Source of the DNA: Methylophilaceae bacterium
Lineage (GTDB): Bacteria > Pseudomonadota > Gammaproteobacteria > Burkholderiales > Methylophilaceae
Reading direction: 5' to 3'
Assembly: GCA_036504995.1 (NCBI GenBank)
Contig: DASXUG010000001.1
Location: forward strand, 118,077 to 182,076
Length of the DNA: 64,000 nucleotides
Shown one piece after another: positions 53,308 to 64,000 of this stretch (the first letter of the stretch is position 1; every line of letters starts with the position of its first letter). The notes below the pieces were generated by a model. It ran no database searches. It worked only from the letters and a program-made list of their open reading frames with translations, and had not been told where the DNA came from. The position numbers and the translations under genes are program-made.

Positions 53308-54546
53308 CTATAATCCAGCTTTTGCTTGCTCCTCTAACACACCTTCTTCCACACCTGCGGCTTCGGTGAGTTTTGCTACATTATCTTTGGTAAAGAAACC
53401 ATCAAAGTCGCCATAGCGCTGCACGTACTCAATAATGAGTGAGGAGTGCTCTGAAGCGTTTGAGAAAATTTGTTTCAAGCCTTCTTCACGTGAGCCAATC
53501 ACATCAAGTAAGAAGCCTTTGCCTTGGTTGGCAATTTGTTTCACAATAAATTCAATGTTTTCTAGACCATCTCGCTCACCATCTTTCACTGCAATTGCGA
53601 TGTGGTGCAGGCGAGGGCCGTAGTTACGTACAAATGTTTCCGTTGGCGAGGGCAGTTGTTCTAAGTGGTTCACAAAGTAGGGCGTATTGTTCGCCGTAAA
53701 AACCTTGGCTGGGCTCTTTGATTCTGGAAACTGGTGCACACTCTTAGTGACGTTGGTGGAGGAGTTTTGATCCCAGATATTATAAGCGCCCCAGAAATAA
53801 TAGCTCGACCATGATAGATATTCCAAAATCGCCACCTCGCGGTTTTGGCTGTAAACCCGTGTCGCCAAATGATCTACTGGAAGCAGTAAGTCATCAATAC
53901 GCAGTTTTGTTTGTGCTTCTTTCGCGGCTAAGTAGGCTTCCTGTACGTCTGGGCGAATGACGCTCATGCCCAGTGCGTATACGCGTAGCTCGTTGGGCTG
54001 GCGCTCTAAGTAACCGACAATGTTGTGTGTGTAAGGCGATGGTTTGCTAATCGCTACGTTACCTGGCAATTCTAATTTGCGCACTTCATCTTGAGAGAAA
54101 AAGCGAAATTCGCGTTCCTCCTGTAAACGTACCACATCATGCATATTGCTTACCCGAATAATCTCGCCCATGTAACGGCTATTGGGTTTCTTGGCGCCCA
54201 CTGGGTAAATCTCATTTAACGCACGGAAGATGCCACGGAAATTGGGGTCCTTCACTTCGCGAATGATTAAATCGGGTGAGTTAAGGTCTATGCGTAGAAT
54301 ATGTGTCCAATGCTTTTCACTCTCGAGTGTAACCAAGTAGTGGTAAGGAGTCATCAAGGACATTTCTGCGATATATTGGATGGAGTGATCTGGATCCACT
54401 GTAATCATGAGCGCATCAATCTCGTGAATCATCGCGGTGAGGCCCATGCGATCACGCTCTTCTAATAGTTTGACTAGGTATTCTTCAAAGAATGCGGAGT
54501 TTTCTTTGTCGCCATGGCGAGCATAATTGAGGGAGTTATAGTGCAT
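53308..54546 (-). CDS. two-module VOC-superfamily protein resembling 4-hydroxyphenylpyruvate dioxygenase
   Basis: 412 aa. VDHLATRV and PRLHHIAIAV metal-ligand-like His motifs. C-terminal IIEYVQRYGDFDGFFTKDNVAKLTEA resembles the HPPD tail (IEIIQR..GFG.GNF.ALFE). Confidence 0.55.
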   Translation of the reverse strand: MHYNSLNYARHGDKENSAFFEEYLVKLLEERDRMGLTAMIHEIDALMITVDPDHSIQYIAEMSLMTPYHYLVTLESEKHWTHILRIDLNSPDLIIREVKDPNFRGIFRALNEIYPVGAKKPNSRYMGEIIRVSNMHDVVRLQEEREFRFFSQDEVRKLELPGNVAISKPSPYTHNIVGYLERQPNELRVYALGMSVIRPDVQEAYLAAKEAQTKLRIDDLLLPVDHLATRVYSQNREVAILEYLSWSSYYFWGAYNIWDQNSSTNVTKSVHQFPESKSPAKVFTANNTPYFVNHLEQLPSPTETFVRNYGPRLHHIAIAVKDGERDGLENIEFIVKQIANQGKGFLLDVIGSREEGLKQIFSNASEHSSLIIEYVQRYGDFDGFFTKDNVAKLTEAAGVEEGVLEEQAKAGL

Positions 54547-54585
54547 GTTTGAGTGACCTGTTGCTAAAATGAAAAAAGAAAGGGA

Positions 54586-55392
54586 CTATTGTTGTGATTG
54601 TTGCTGGATTTGTTCTACTTGTACACTGACTTTCATGGCTTCATCCCCGCCGCCTACGCGCATGCCGCTGACGGGGGAAGCCTCACGGTAATCCAAGCCT
54701 ACGGCAAGGCGTACATGTTTACCATTGGTTTTACATTGATTTAATACATCAAAACTTTGCCAGCCTAAGCCCTCGAGCCATATATCTGCCCATGCATGAC
54801 TTTCCATTTGGCGAGCATCATCAGTAAATAGATAGCCACTGACGTAACGTGCTGGTATGCCAATTTCACGACAACACGCAAGTAAAACGTGCGTTTGATC
54901 TTGGCAAACGCCCTCGCCCAAAGCAAAGGCTTGTGCGGCCGTGGTTTTAACCTCAGTGCTACCTTTGACATAAGCAATTTTTGCTTTGATTTGTTTCATC
55001 ATCAATAAAATCAATTCGGCACTTTTAGCTTGTTTGGCAAATGTTGCGGCAAACGCTTTAACCGCGTTATCAGGTTGTGTCAGTGGGGTTTGCCGCAAAT
55101 AAATGGGTAACGGGATAGTTTCTAGCATGGCTGTTTCAACGATATTGGTTTCAACTTCGCCAAAAGCAGTGATGCTGACTTCTTGGTGCGGGTTATCTAT
55201 CACCAAGGTTTGTGTGACGTTACCATGTGCATCTTCAAATGTGTGTAAATTGCCGTTGACGCGCACATCCCAATGTAACAAACGCTGCCCATGTGCGTTT
55301 TGAGGAGTTAACCGCAATTGCTGTATGGTGTAATCCACTACTTCACTATAGGCATAATGCGTTTTATGTTCTATTTTGAGTAACATAATCAA
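54586..55392 (-). CDS. transglutaminase-like cysteine peptidase family protein
   Basis: 268 aa. GEGVCQDQTHVLLACCREIGIPARYVSGY...HAWADIW forms a Cys-His-Asp transglutaminase-core pattern. Confidence 0.85.
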   Translation of the reverse strand: MIMLLKIEHKTHYAYSEVVDYTIQQLRLTPQNAHGQRLLHWDVRVNGNLHTFEDAHGNVTQTLVIDNPHQEVSITAFGEVETNIVETAMLETIPLPIYLRQTPLTQPDNAVKAFAATFAKQAKSAELILLMMKQIKAKIAYVKGSTEVKTTAAQAFALGEGVCQDQTHVLLACCREIGIPARYVSGYLFTDDARQMESHAWADIWLEGLGWQSFDVLNQCKTNGKHVRLAVGLDYREASPVSGMRVGGGDEAMKVSVQVEQIQQQSQQ

Positions 55393-55463
55393 ACAGCCTG
55401 TTTAGATAGAAAATTGATCAATGGTGTAGGGTTTGAGCACATGTCCTGAGCTTGGTTCTGCAA

Positions 55464-56405
55464 TTAATGCGCGTTAATAAAGCTCCGCTGCATTTCTATC
55501 CCCAATTGATTATTGGCGCGTATAAATGCCCCCAAAAACTCGTGCAAACCTTCTTTGTAGATTTCGCTCATTTTTCCGTAGTGCATTCTAGCGTGTAACT
55601 CACCTGCCAGTCGTCGGCACTCGTTGTCACGACGCCCTACTAGTTGATCTAAAATAGTGGTAATTTCACCATAACACGCATGTAGCGAGCGTGGCATATC
55701 TTCACGTAAAATTAATAATTCGGCAACACGCGCAGGCTCAATACTGTCACTAAACACCTTTTGATAGGCCTGAAAGGCGGAAACCGAGCGTAACAAGGCA
55801 CTCCACTCATAGTAATCTACAGTAGAAGTCACTTCCTCACCATCAGTTAGCAGCAAATGGTATTTCACATCGAGAATACGCGCAGTGTTGTCGGCTCTCT
55901 CCATAAAAGTACCCAGCCGAACGAAGCGGAATGCATCGTCGCGCAACATCGTGCCAAAGCTAACGCCGCGAAATAAGTGTGAACGAGATTTCACCCAGTC
56001 ACAAAACTCGTGTAAGCCACCTTTTGAGAAGTCTTTGCCAAAAAATTGGCTAAATTCTAACCATAGTGTATTGATGTTTTCCCATGTTTCAGTAGTCAGC
56101 GCCACTCTTACCGAGCGCGCGTTTTCACGGGCATGGTATAGACAATTATAGATGCTGGAGGGATTTTTTTCGCCCATAGCCAGAAACTGAATCACGTTAC
56201 TGGCAGTGTACTCATCGTATTCGGCTTCAAACACATCAATCGTGCCCGAAATCTCCAATGCTGGCGTCCATAACGCAGCTTCGCTATCAGCGGCATTGGG
56301 CACGAGTGACATGTTATGAGTCACATCTAAGATACGTGCCATGTTTTCTGCACGTTCAATGTATCGCGCCATCCAATATAAATGATCTGCGGTGCGACTT
56401 AACAA
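55464..56405 (-). CDS. alpha-E domain protein (DUF403)
   Basis: 313 aa. MLSRTADHLYWMARYIERAENMARILDV is the typical alpha-E N-terminus. TTG start. Confidence 0.85.
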   Translation of the reverse strand: MLSRTADHLYWMARYIERAENMARILDVTHNMSLVPNAADSEAALWTPALEISGTIDVFEAEYDEYTASNVIQFLAMGEKNPSSIYNCLYHARENARSVRVALTTETWENINTLWLEFSQFFGKDFSKGGLHEFCDWVKSRSHLFRGVSFGTMLRDDAFRFVRLGTFMERADNTARILDVKYHLLLTDGEEVTSTVDYYEWSALLRSVSAFQAYQKVFSDSIEPARVAELLILREDMPRSLHACYGEITTILDQLVGRRDNECRRLAGELHARMHYGKMSEIYKEGLHEFLGAFIRANNQLGIEMQRSFINAH

Positions 56406-56481
56406 ATTAAATCTCCTTGTGTACCCATTTTAGAAATAATCTATTTTGTAATTGGTATTGTAGTTTAGCGCCTAAAGATTG

Positions 56482-57903
<1,422 letters not shown>

Positions 57904-58182
57904 GTCTCTATCCACGCAAAGCCTGTGCCAGTTTATGAAAGTTATTTAAAGTCATTAGCTTACATTTTATATTGGGGAGATTATTCCACTTTCGCACCAT
58001 AATAGTGCCATTTTCAAAATACCCTGCCTTAGATTGAGGCTTTTATTCAAAATTAACAAAGCCTGCTCGATGGAGTGAGGTTACCCGTATTTCGGCTTGA
58101 ATTGACAATTATTTGCAAATTGATTGAATTTCAATGAGTTAAAGGTTTACAAAAACAAGCAAAGTCTTTTAGAATCGGGTCT

Positions 58183-58743
58183 ATGAGAAAGTTACTACCG
58201 CAATTTTGTTTATTTTTTGGCTTGTGCATGGTTTGTATCAGCAGTTTTGCTGATGAGGCATCAGCTGGCAACGAGCCGCAACTAAGCGCTGAAAGCAGCG
58301 CTACGTGGTCAAGTACCGTACAAGAAGTTATGCTGAGCGCGATCAGCTTAAGTGGTATCAAATACAAATATGGCGGTGTAACTCCAGAAACTGGTTTTGA
58401 TTGCAGTGGTTTTGTGCGCTATGTGTTTCAGCAAGCGGCCAATTTAACTTTACCTCATGGCGCGCGTGCGTTAAGTCAATTGGGTCAAACGGTGGCGCAG
58501 GATAATCTGCAACCAGGGGATTTGGTATTTTTCAATACATTAAAGTCTTCGTTCTCACATGTGGGCATTTATTTAGGCAATAATCGATTTATTCACTCAC
58601 CTAGTCCCGGCCAATCTGTATCGATTATGAGTATGAATGATAGCTATTGGTCCAAGCGCTTTAATGGTGCAAGGCGTATTACATCATCTCAGAGTGGGAC
58701 CCTGTCAATTAAAGAGCTCACTCAGCCTACGCCTGCTGAATAG
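58183..58743 (+). CDS. NlpC/P60 (C40) family peptidoglycan endopeptidase
   Basis: Signal peptide. GFDCSGFVRYVF (catalytic Cys) and HVGIYLGNNRFIHSP (His) blocks. Confidence 0.88.
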   Translation: MRKLLPQFCLFFGLCMVCISSFADEASAGNEPQLSAESSATWSSTVQEVMLSAISLSGIKYKYGGVTPETGFDCSGFVRYVFQQAANLTLPHGARALSQLGQTVAQDNLQPGDLVFFNTLKSSFSHVGIYLGNNRFIHSPSPGQSVSIMSMNDSYWSKRFNGARRITSSQSGTLSIKELTQPTPAE

Positions 58744-58746
58744 ACT

Positions 58747-59031
58747 TTAATCTTTTTTTACATCGCTGTGCCCAAGTGGGCGTAGTGGGTCAATTACATC
58801 GCGAATCAATTGTTTTAACTCTTTGGACTCAGGAAATCTTTCTGCCTGCTTGCGCGAAAATAAGATTTCATTATTTAATCGTACTTCGAAAATACCCCCT
58901 GTGCCAGGTTTGAGTGTGAGCGCAGCAATATCGCCCTCAAACGTGGTGAGCAGCTCTTGCGCCATCCATGCAGCGCGTAGCAGCCATCGACACTGGGTAC
59001 AGTATTCAATTTCTACATGATGATTTGACAT
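58747..59031 (-). CDS. SelW/SelT/Rdx family redox protein (Cys form)
   Basis: 94 aa. IEYCTQCRW CxxC motif and GGIFEV block. Confidence 0.75.
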   Translation of the reverse strand: MSNHHVEIEYCTQCRWLLRAAWMAQELLTTFEGDIAALTLKPGTGGIFEVRLNNEILFSRKQAERFPESKELKQLIRDVIDPLRPLGHSDVKKD

Positions 59032-59277
59032 GGCTAAACTTTCTTAACATAGGCAATTGCGACATAACTTATACAATGTTGTCCGATATAAGTCTTCAAT
59101 CGCCTTTGCAACTATATTTTAACTAGTGGAAAATGAAACTATTGTTATAATCTTTGTCTTAGATTCATTCGTTAGTTTTAATGCAATAAACAAACAAAAC
59201 CTTTATAAGCAGCAACTTTAACCCAAGTAGACAACTCAAGTAAACTTAGCCGTCATCCCTCTAGGAATCATTATTAC

Positions 59278-60702
59278 ATGCGCACAAAATTCGAAAAAAT
59301 TGGCTTAGTCACTGTTGGCGCAGTGTTAGGCGTTATGCTGAGCTTTAATTACTCTGCAATTGCAGAAAAAGCTGGGCTCGCTGAAAAAGAAGTCACAAAA
59401 ACACAATTACCTATTGATGAGTTACGCGCGTTTTCTGAAATTTTTGCCAAAATTAAAAGTGATTATGTCGAGCCAGTTGAGGACAAAAAGCTGCTTAACG
59501 ATGCCATCAATGGCATGGTGACTGGTCTTGACCCGCACTCTTCTTATTTGGATGTGGATGGATTTAAAGATTTGCAGGCTGGCACACAAGGCGAATTTGG
59601 TGGTTTAGGTATTGAAGTTGGTATGGAAGATGGTTTTGTAAAAGTGGTTTCACCTATTGAAGATACGCCAGCCTATAAAGCAGGGATCAAGAGTGGTGAC
59701 TTCATTATTCAGTTAGATGACACCCCAGTGAAGGGCATGGCTTTAAACGATGCGGTGAAGCGCATGCGTGGTAAAGCCAATACGCCGATTAAGCTTACGA
59801 TTTTACGCAAGGGCGAGGCTAAGCCATTAGTATTTACCTTGATGCGTGCCGTGATTAAAACGCAAAGTGTTAAATATAAGCTAACAGAAAATGGCTATCC
59901 TTATGTACGTATTACCCAGTTCCAAGAGCACACGGGCGAAGATTTAGCCAAAGCACTTAAAGATTTGCGCGAGCAGAACAAAGCGCCATTTAAAGGCATT
60001 ATTTTAGATCTGCGTAACAATCCGGGTGGGTTGCTGAATGCGGCGGTAGGGGTTTCGGCGACATTTTTACCTAAAGACAGCCTTGTGGTCTACACAGAAG
60101 GTCGTACTGAAGACGCAAAAATGCACTTAACTGCAAACCCAGAAAATTATTTGCGTGGGCCAAACAGTGTGGACTACCTTAAAGATATTCCAGCTGAGTT
60201 AAAAACCATTCCTATGGTGGTGCTTGTGAATGGTGGGTCTGCTTCTGCCTCTGAAATTGTATCGGGCGCACTGCAAGATTTAAAACGTGCCGTGATTATG
60301 GGTACGCAAAGCTTTGGTAAAGGTTCTGTACAAACCATTCTTCCACTTAATAATGGTACGGCGATTAAACTTACTACCGCACGTTATTTTACGCCGAATG
60401 GTCGTTCAATTCAGGCTAAAGGGATAGTGCCGGATATTGTAGTGGAAGAGGGTACGGTGAACACGATTGACCAAAGTGGTGGTTTGCGTGAAGCCGATTT
60501 AACTGGACATTTGTCTAATCCTAAAGATAGTGAAGCCCCCGCCAAGCGTGTGGTTGATGAGTCTAAAGATAAAGCATCTGATAAAGCAGATGACAAAAAA
60601 ACTGACGATAAAAAACCAACTGAGCCAGGCTCAAAAAATGATTATCAGTTTAATCAAGCGCTGAACTTACTCAAAGGCCTGCAAATTCTGCAGCAGAAGT
60701 AA
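59278..60702 (+). CDS. ctpA: carboxy-terminal processing protease (S41A) with PDZ domain
   Basis: 474 aa. GGLGIEV PDZ region, [18 protein letters not shown] (catalytic Ser) and GKGSVQT blocks. Confidence 0.9.
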   Translation: MRTKFEKIGLVTVGAVLGVMLSFNYSAIAEKAGLAEKEVTKTQLPIDELRAFSEIFAKIKSDYVEPVEDKKLLNDAINGMVTGLDPHSSYLDVDGFKDLQAGTQGEFGGLGIEVGMEDGFVKVVSPIEDTPAYKAGIKSGDFIIQLDDTPVKGMALNDAVKRMRGKANTPIKLTILRKGEAKPLVFTLMRAVIKTQSVKYKLTENGYPYVRITQFQEHTGEDLAKALKDLREQNKAPFKGIILDLRNNPGGLLNAAVGVSATFLPKDSLVVYTEGRTEDAKMHLTANPENYLRGPNSVDYLKDIPAELKTIPMVVLVNGGSASASEIVSGALQDLKRAVIMGTQSFGKGSVQTILPLNNGTAIKLTTARYFTPNGRSIQAKGIVPDIVVEEGTVNTIDQSGGLREADLTGHLSNPKDSEAPAKRVVDESKDKASDKADDKKTDDKKPTEPGSKNDYQFNQALNLLKGLQILQQK

Positions 60703-60713
60703 TAGGAGTCATC

Positions 60714-61334
60714 ATGTTAGACCGTCTGATTATTGAGTTTGATAAAGGCTTGCGTACCGTGGGTGCGCAAGCACACAGTCGCCGTGCGCATCCTGATGCG
60801 ACGATACAAGACTCAGCACTTGAGCCTGCCGATAAACGCCATATCGCAGCGTTAATGCGCATTAATCATTGTGGCGAGGTATGCGCACAGGCTTTATATA
60901 ACGGACAGTCTTTCACTTCGCGTAACCCAGCTACCGTTGCGGCTTTGCAGCAGGCCTCAGCCGAAGAAACAGAGCATCTAGCGTGGTGCGAAAAGCGTAT
61001 TGCAGAGTTGGGTGGCAGAAAAAGTGTGTTAAATCCATTATGGTATGCAGGCTCATTTGCACTAGGCTCGGTTGCAGGGGCTTTGGGGGATAAGTGGAAT
61101 TTGGGCTTTTTAGCTGAAACAGAGCGTCAAGTCGGTAAGCATCTGAAAAGTCATTTAGATCAACTCCCCGAGCAGGATAACAAAAGTCGTGCAATTTTGG
61201 AGCAAATGTACGTGGATGAAACGCATCACGCTGAAACGGCTATTCAGCATGGCGGTGCTGATTTGCCCAAGCCTGTCAAAGCCATCATGGCGCTCATGTC
61301 TAAAGTAATGACAAGCACTGCTTATCGCATTTAA
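60714..61334 (+). CDS. coq7: demethoxyubiquinone hydroxylase (di-iron Coq7 family)
   Basis: 206 aa. [15 protein letters not shown]...EETEHLAW...DETHH di-iron carboxylate motifs. Confidence 0.9.
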   Translation: MLDRLIIEFDKGLRTVGAQAHSRRAHPDATIQDSALEPADKRHIAALMRINHCGEVCAQALYNGQSFTSRNPATVAALQQASAEETEHLAWCEKRIAELGGRKSVLNPLWYAGSFALGSVAGALGDKWNLGFLAETERQVGKHLKSHLDQLPEQDNKSRAILEQMYVDETHHAETAIQHGGADLPKPVKAIMALMSKVMTSTAYRI

Positions 61335-61427
61335 TCTAAGCTAGTTCAAGCGCTCGTCCAAGATCGGCTGCTTAAGCCGTCGCCGATTGAGCACCCTATT
61401 TTAACCACTCGTAAATTAAAAAACTGT

Positions 61428-61745
61428 ATGAAAAAATTTAATGAAATTCTGCCAACACTCGAAACTGTTGATCATGTAAAGGCATTAGAGCTTGTAGATG
61501 CTCAGGGTAAGGTTGTTGCTTTAATCGAGAATAAACCAGGCAGCGCGGGCTCTGTGCGCGTGTATTATCATCTGTTGCAGCAATTTGGTGCTATTAATGT
61601 AACGGCAGCAAACGCAGGTTTAGCACTTTATGCGGAACATACAGAAGACGCAAAACTTAACCTAGGTAAACATCCTAATATCGATCGCTTGTTTGAGGTG
61701 GTTGAGTCTGGCGCAGCGCTTGGCGTTAAGGTGCTGGCTAGTTAA
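61428..61745 (+). CDS. hypothetical 105-aa protein
   Basis: An ORF of plausible composition. No motif recognised. Confidence 0.45.
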   Translation: MKKFNEILPTLETVDHVKALELVDAQGKVVALIENKPGSAGSVRVYYHLLQQFGAINVTAANAGLALYAEHTEDAKLNLGKHPNIDRLFEVVESGAALGVKVLAS

Positions 61746-61767
61746 CTACAGCATCAATAGCGCTCAT

Positions 61768-62343
61768 TTACTGCTGTATTTCAGTTGGCTGTAGTGTTTG
61801 AGCGCTAGGCTCTCCATCTTGTGGCGGGCTTGCCAGTGAGTTCGCGTTGTTAGGACTAAATACAAACTTCCAGCTTGAGTAGGTTTTTGCATCACCATCA
61901 GCGCTCGCGTCTAACGCAAAACGAGTGTCTTCTTGCGTCATCATCGGAGCGTCTTGAGAAAGGCTATAAACACCACTTATCTGGCCTTGCCCATCACGCA
62001 GCAAGCCCCATTCGTCAGTTTCAGTGATCGGGTCACGATACAGCTTACGTAGATGGTGTTGTACGCTGAGTGAACGTTTATCCTCTAATAAATCCTCAAG
62101 TTTTAAGGGTAGTTGTTTAATGCCGTTGGGGGACTTTTGATAATAGCTGGCGATAGCATTACGGTATTGCTGCCCTACAAATAGTAACTCTGCCTCGCGT
62201 TCGCGTTGTATCGTAGTGGCGATATTTTCCGAGGCGATGGTGAGGCTAAGCAGTAAAGCGAATACAAATCCCAATACCAGCAAATAGGTGAAGCCTGCTT
62301 GCTTGCAATTGGTGTGTTTACCAGACGTTGTAGGGCGTACCAT
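61768..62343 (-). CDS. pseudopilin-like protein with prepilin-type N-terminus lacking Glu5
   Basis: Leader MVRPTTSGKHTNCKQAG followed by FTYLLVLGFVFALLLSL. 26-nt overlap with the upstream pseudopilin gene. Confidence 0.6.
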   Translation of the reverse strand: MVRPTTSGKHTNCKQAGFTYLLVLGFVFALLLSLTIASENIATTIQREREAELLFVGQQYRNAIASYYQKSPNGIKQLPLKLEDLLEDKRSLSVQHHLRKLYRDPITETDEWGLLRDGQGQISGVYSLSQDAPMMTQEDTRFALDASADGDAKTYSSWKFVFSPNNANSLASPPQDGEPSAQTLQPTEIQQ

Positions 62344-62722
62344 CGCTGGCGATTTCGTTTGAGCCGCTGTGTAAATCGTACACGCGTTGTGAATAGTCTG
62401 GTGGAGTGATAATCAGCCATGTATCCGCGCGCTCTGTGATGGGGTCAACAGGAATGGCGCGCAGGTAACGATAACTCACCAAATCATCCAAACTGGCTGG
62501 ATACATGCCCTTATCTGCATGGAAATGATCAATAGCGGTGCGCATGGTGGCGAGGTCTTCATGTAACACGGCTTCTTTAGCGCGCTTTAAGCCATCGAAG
62601 TAGCGCGGCAGGGCGATGGAAAGCAGCAGTGATAAGATTGCCATCACGACAGCGAGCTCAATAAAGGTAAAGCCTTTTGCTTGCGCTTTGTTGGGTTTAC
62701 CAGAGCTTATAGGGGATGCCAT
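62318..62722 (-). CDS. type II secretion GspG-like major pseudopilin
   Basis: KGFTFIELAVVMAILSLLLSIALPRY... prepilin cleavage/methylation motif with Glu5. 134 aa. Confidence 0.8.
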   Translation of the reverse strand: MASPISSGKPNKAQAKGFTFIELAVVMAILSLLLSIALPRYFDGLKRAKEAVLHEDLATMRTAIDHFHADKGMYPASLDDLVSYRYLRAIPVDPITERADTWLIITPPDYSQRVYDLHSGSNEIASDGTPYNVW

Positions 62723-63179
62723 TTAAGCCTTTCTCATTGCTCGTGGAAAACACATCAAACACATCCGCGCCTTCGCGTGGGTTATCTGGTTCGCTGTCAT
62801 AGCTGCGTTTTCCCCAAGTATCCTCGGGTTTGTCAGCTGAACCTTGGTACATGGGGTCAGCGGGGATTTTGCGCATAAAATACATTTTCTTCTTTTGTGG
62901 ATCAGTATCATCGGGGATGCCGACAATCAAATCTTCTAGTTTTTTTGGGTAGCCTGAATCCCCAGCAATTTGTAGGATGCGACCCTCATCATAGGCTTTC
63001 TTATAAGCATCTATACCCGTGCGGATTTCACGCAGATTTCTGTGTAATTCCATTTCTTTTTGGCGGGTAATGGTGTTTTCTAAATAAGGGCTGGCCGCTG
63101 TGGCGAGTAAGGCCAAAATCGCCACCGAAATCACGAGCTCAATATAAGAAAACCCTAGCTGCAAAAAGCGTGACCGCAC
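62697..63179 (-). CDS. type II secretion GspG-like pseudopilin (second paralog)
   Basis: LGFSYIELVISVAILALLATAASPY motif. 160 aa. GTG start. Confidence 0.75.
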   Translation of the reverse strand: MRSRFLQLGFSYIELVISVAILALLATAASPYLENTITRQKEMELHRNLREIRTGIDAYKKAYDEGRILQIAGDSGYPKKLEDLIVGIPDDTDPQKKKMYFMRKIPADPMYQGSADKPEDTWGKRSYDSEPDNPREGADVFDVFSTSNEKGLNGIPYKLW

Positions 63180-63188
63180 GTTTAATGC

Positions 63189-64000
63189 CTATTGCTCATC
63201 AGATTTTTTTGCAGGAGTATCACCACCCAAGCCATTGCCTAGAGAAAACCCTGGGGGAATTGGCACATTGAGGCTTTGCGGTTTGCTGTCTTGGTTACTT
63301 GGTGCAGCTGCTGGCGCTGGTTTGGGTACAAAGAATGGCACCCCTCCTGCGCCAAAGTTGGGGGTGACCGAGCGTTTACCCGTTTGTGACTCGCTGCCTA
63401 TCCAATATTCAGTTTGGCTGGCGTTATTTGTCTTACGCTCTCTAATAATATGCGGGGTAATGGAGAGTACGATTTCCGTTTTAGATTTGTCATCTTTTTG
63501 TTTGGAGAATAGTTTGCCAAGTAAGGGCAAGCTACTAATCCCTGGAATTTTATCGACATTTTTGCGATCTTGGTCATCAATCAAACCCGCTAAAATCTGG
63601 GTCTCCCCATCATGCAAACGTAGTTGTGTGCTGGCACTGCGGGTGCCCACTCTGAATGCGGTGCTTTGTCCGTTGGTAATGGCATCGCCAATCGATCCAA
63701 CATTCAGATTAATCTTGATGGTGACATCCCCGCTTGCGCTGATGTTAGGTTCTGCCTCTAGCTTCAACCCTGCATCAATATACTGGATGGTTTGCGACGA
63801 TACCCCAGTGGATGAAATATTGGCAGTAAAGACTGGCACTCTTTCGCCAATATGAATTTTTGCTATATCTTTGTTTTTAACGCGAATGCGTGGATTAGCC
63901 AGTAAATTCACATCTGAATTATTAGCGCTAAAACTCAAGCCTAACTGGCTGTTAATCACCGCTGGCGTATTGTTGAGCTGGCTGAAGGTGATGCCGCCAG
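63189..64000 (-). CDS. secretin (GspD/PilQ family), C-terminal part; gene continues beyond window end
   Basis: The frame stays open through base 64000 (..GGITFSQLNNTPAVINSQLG..). Secretin-domain blocks LANPRIRVKN, VQYIDAGLKLEAEP-like, KIPGISSLPLLGKLF and SITPHII. Confidence 0.85.
   Translation of the reverse strand, partial: GGITFSQLNNTPAVINSQLGLSFSANNSDVNLLANPRIRVKNKDIAKIHIGERVPVFTANISSTGVSSQTIQYIDAGLKLEAEPNISASGDVTIKINLNVGSIGDAITNGQSTAFRVGTRSASTQLRLHDGETQILAGLIDDQDRKNVDKIPGISSLPLLGKLFSKQKDDKSKTEIVLSITPHIIRERKTNNASQTEYWIGSESQTGKRSVTPNFGAGGVPFFVPKPAPAAAPSNQDSKPQSLNVPIPPGFSLGNGLGGDTPAKKSDEQ

Noticed and set aside
58123-58135. A 13-bp palindrome, ATTGAATTTCAAT, upstream of the NlpC/P60 gene.
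   Set aside because: It is short and AT-rich, so such palindromes are expected by chance in AT-rich intergenic DNA. I saw no second copy or associated regulator.
58747-59031. Possible selenocysteine (in-frame TGA) in the SelW/Rdx-family gene.
   Set aside because: The redox motif is encoded as CTQC with ordinary Cys codons, and the ORF is uninterrupted. There is no recoding signal to propose.

Overview
The window looks like a chromosomal core region of a Gram-negative proteobacterium. Gene order hints at a betaproteobacterium, but that is inference only. About 60 genes are densely packed, and most are recognisable housekeeping genes:
- Proteostasis: clpB, then tRNA-Leu-tig-clpP-clpX-lon-hupB-tRNA-Val-tRNA-Asp, and clpS-clpA.
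- Envelope and secretion: tgt-yajC-secD-secF, and amgK-murU divergent from lptD-surA-pdxA-rsmA.
- Metabolism: leuA, pssA, adk, coq7 and a C-terminal processing protease (ctp).
- Accessory-type content: a czcCBA-like RND efflux operon, three c-di-GMP signalling genes, a circularly permuted ATP-grasp / alpha-E / transglutaminase cluster, a PEP-CTERM protein, and a secretin plus pseudopilin cluster that runs off the 3' end.

I saw no rRNA, CRISPR array, transposase, integrase or prophage genes.

The best candidate for something undescribed is a small plus-strand module at about 37.4-39.8 kb, set between minus-strand core genes. It holds a 22-codon mini-ORF, a stand-alone LuxR/GerE-type HTH protein, a 431-aa protein I cannot assign to any family, and a 93-aa secreted protein. 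The 431-aa protein has Cys clusters at both termini, a Ser/Ala/His-rich core and a C-terminal coiled coil. An ATGGATTT..AATGG motif recurs upstream of both the HTH gene and the 431-aa gene.

Secondary curiosities:
- A 75-nt-period tandem repeat between the efflux MFP and RND genes.
- A structured intergenic element ending in a minus-strand intrinsic terminator, which could be an sRNA.
- A perfect 14-bp inverted repeat beside the clpB sigma-32-type promoter.
- An HPPD-like VOC protein attached to the ATP-grasp cluster.

All calls come from reading the translations and the DNA by eye. No searches or computations were run.
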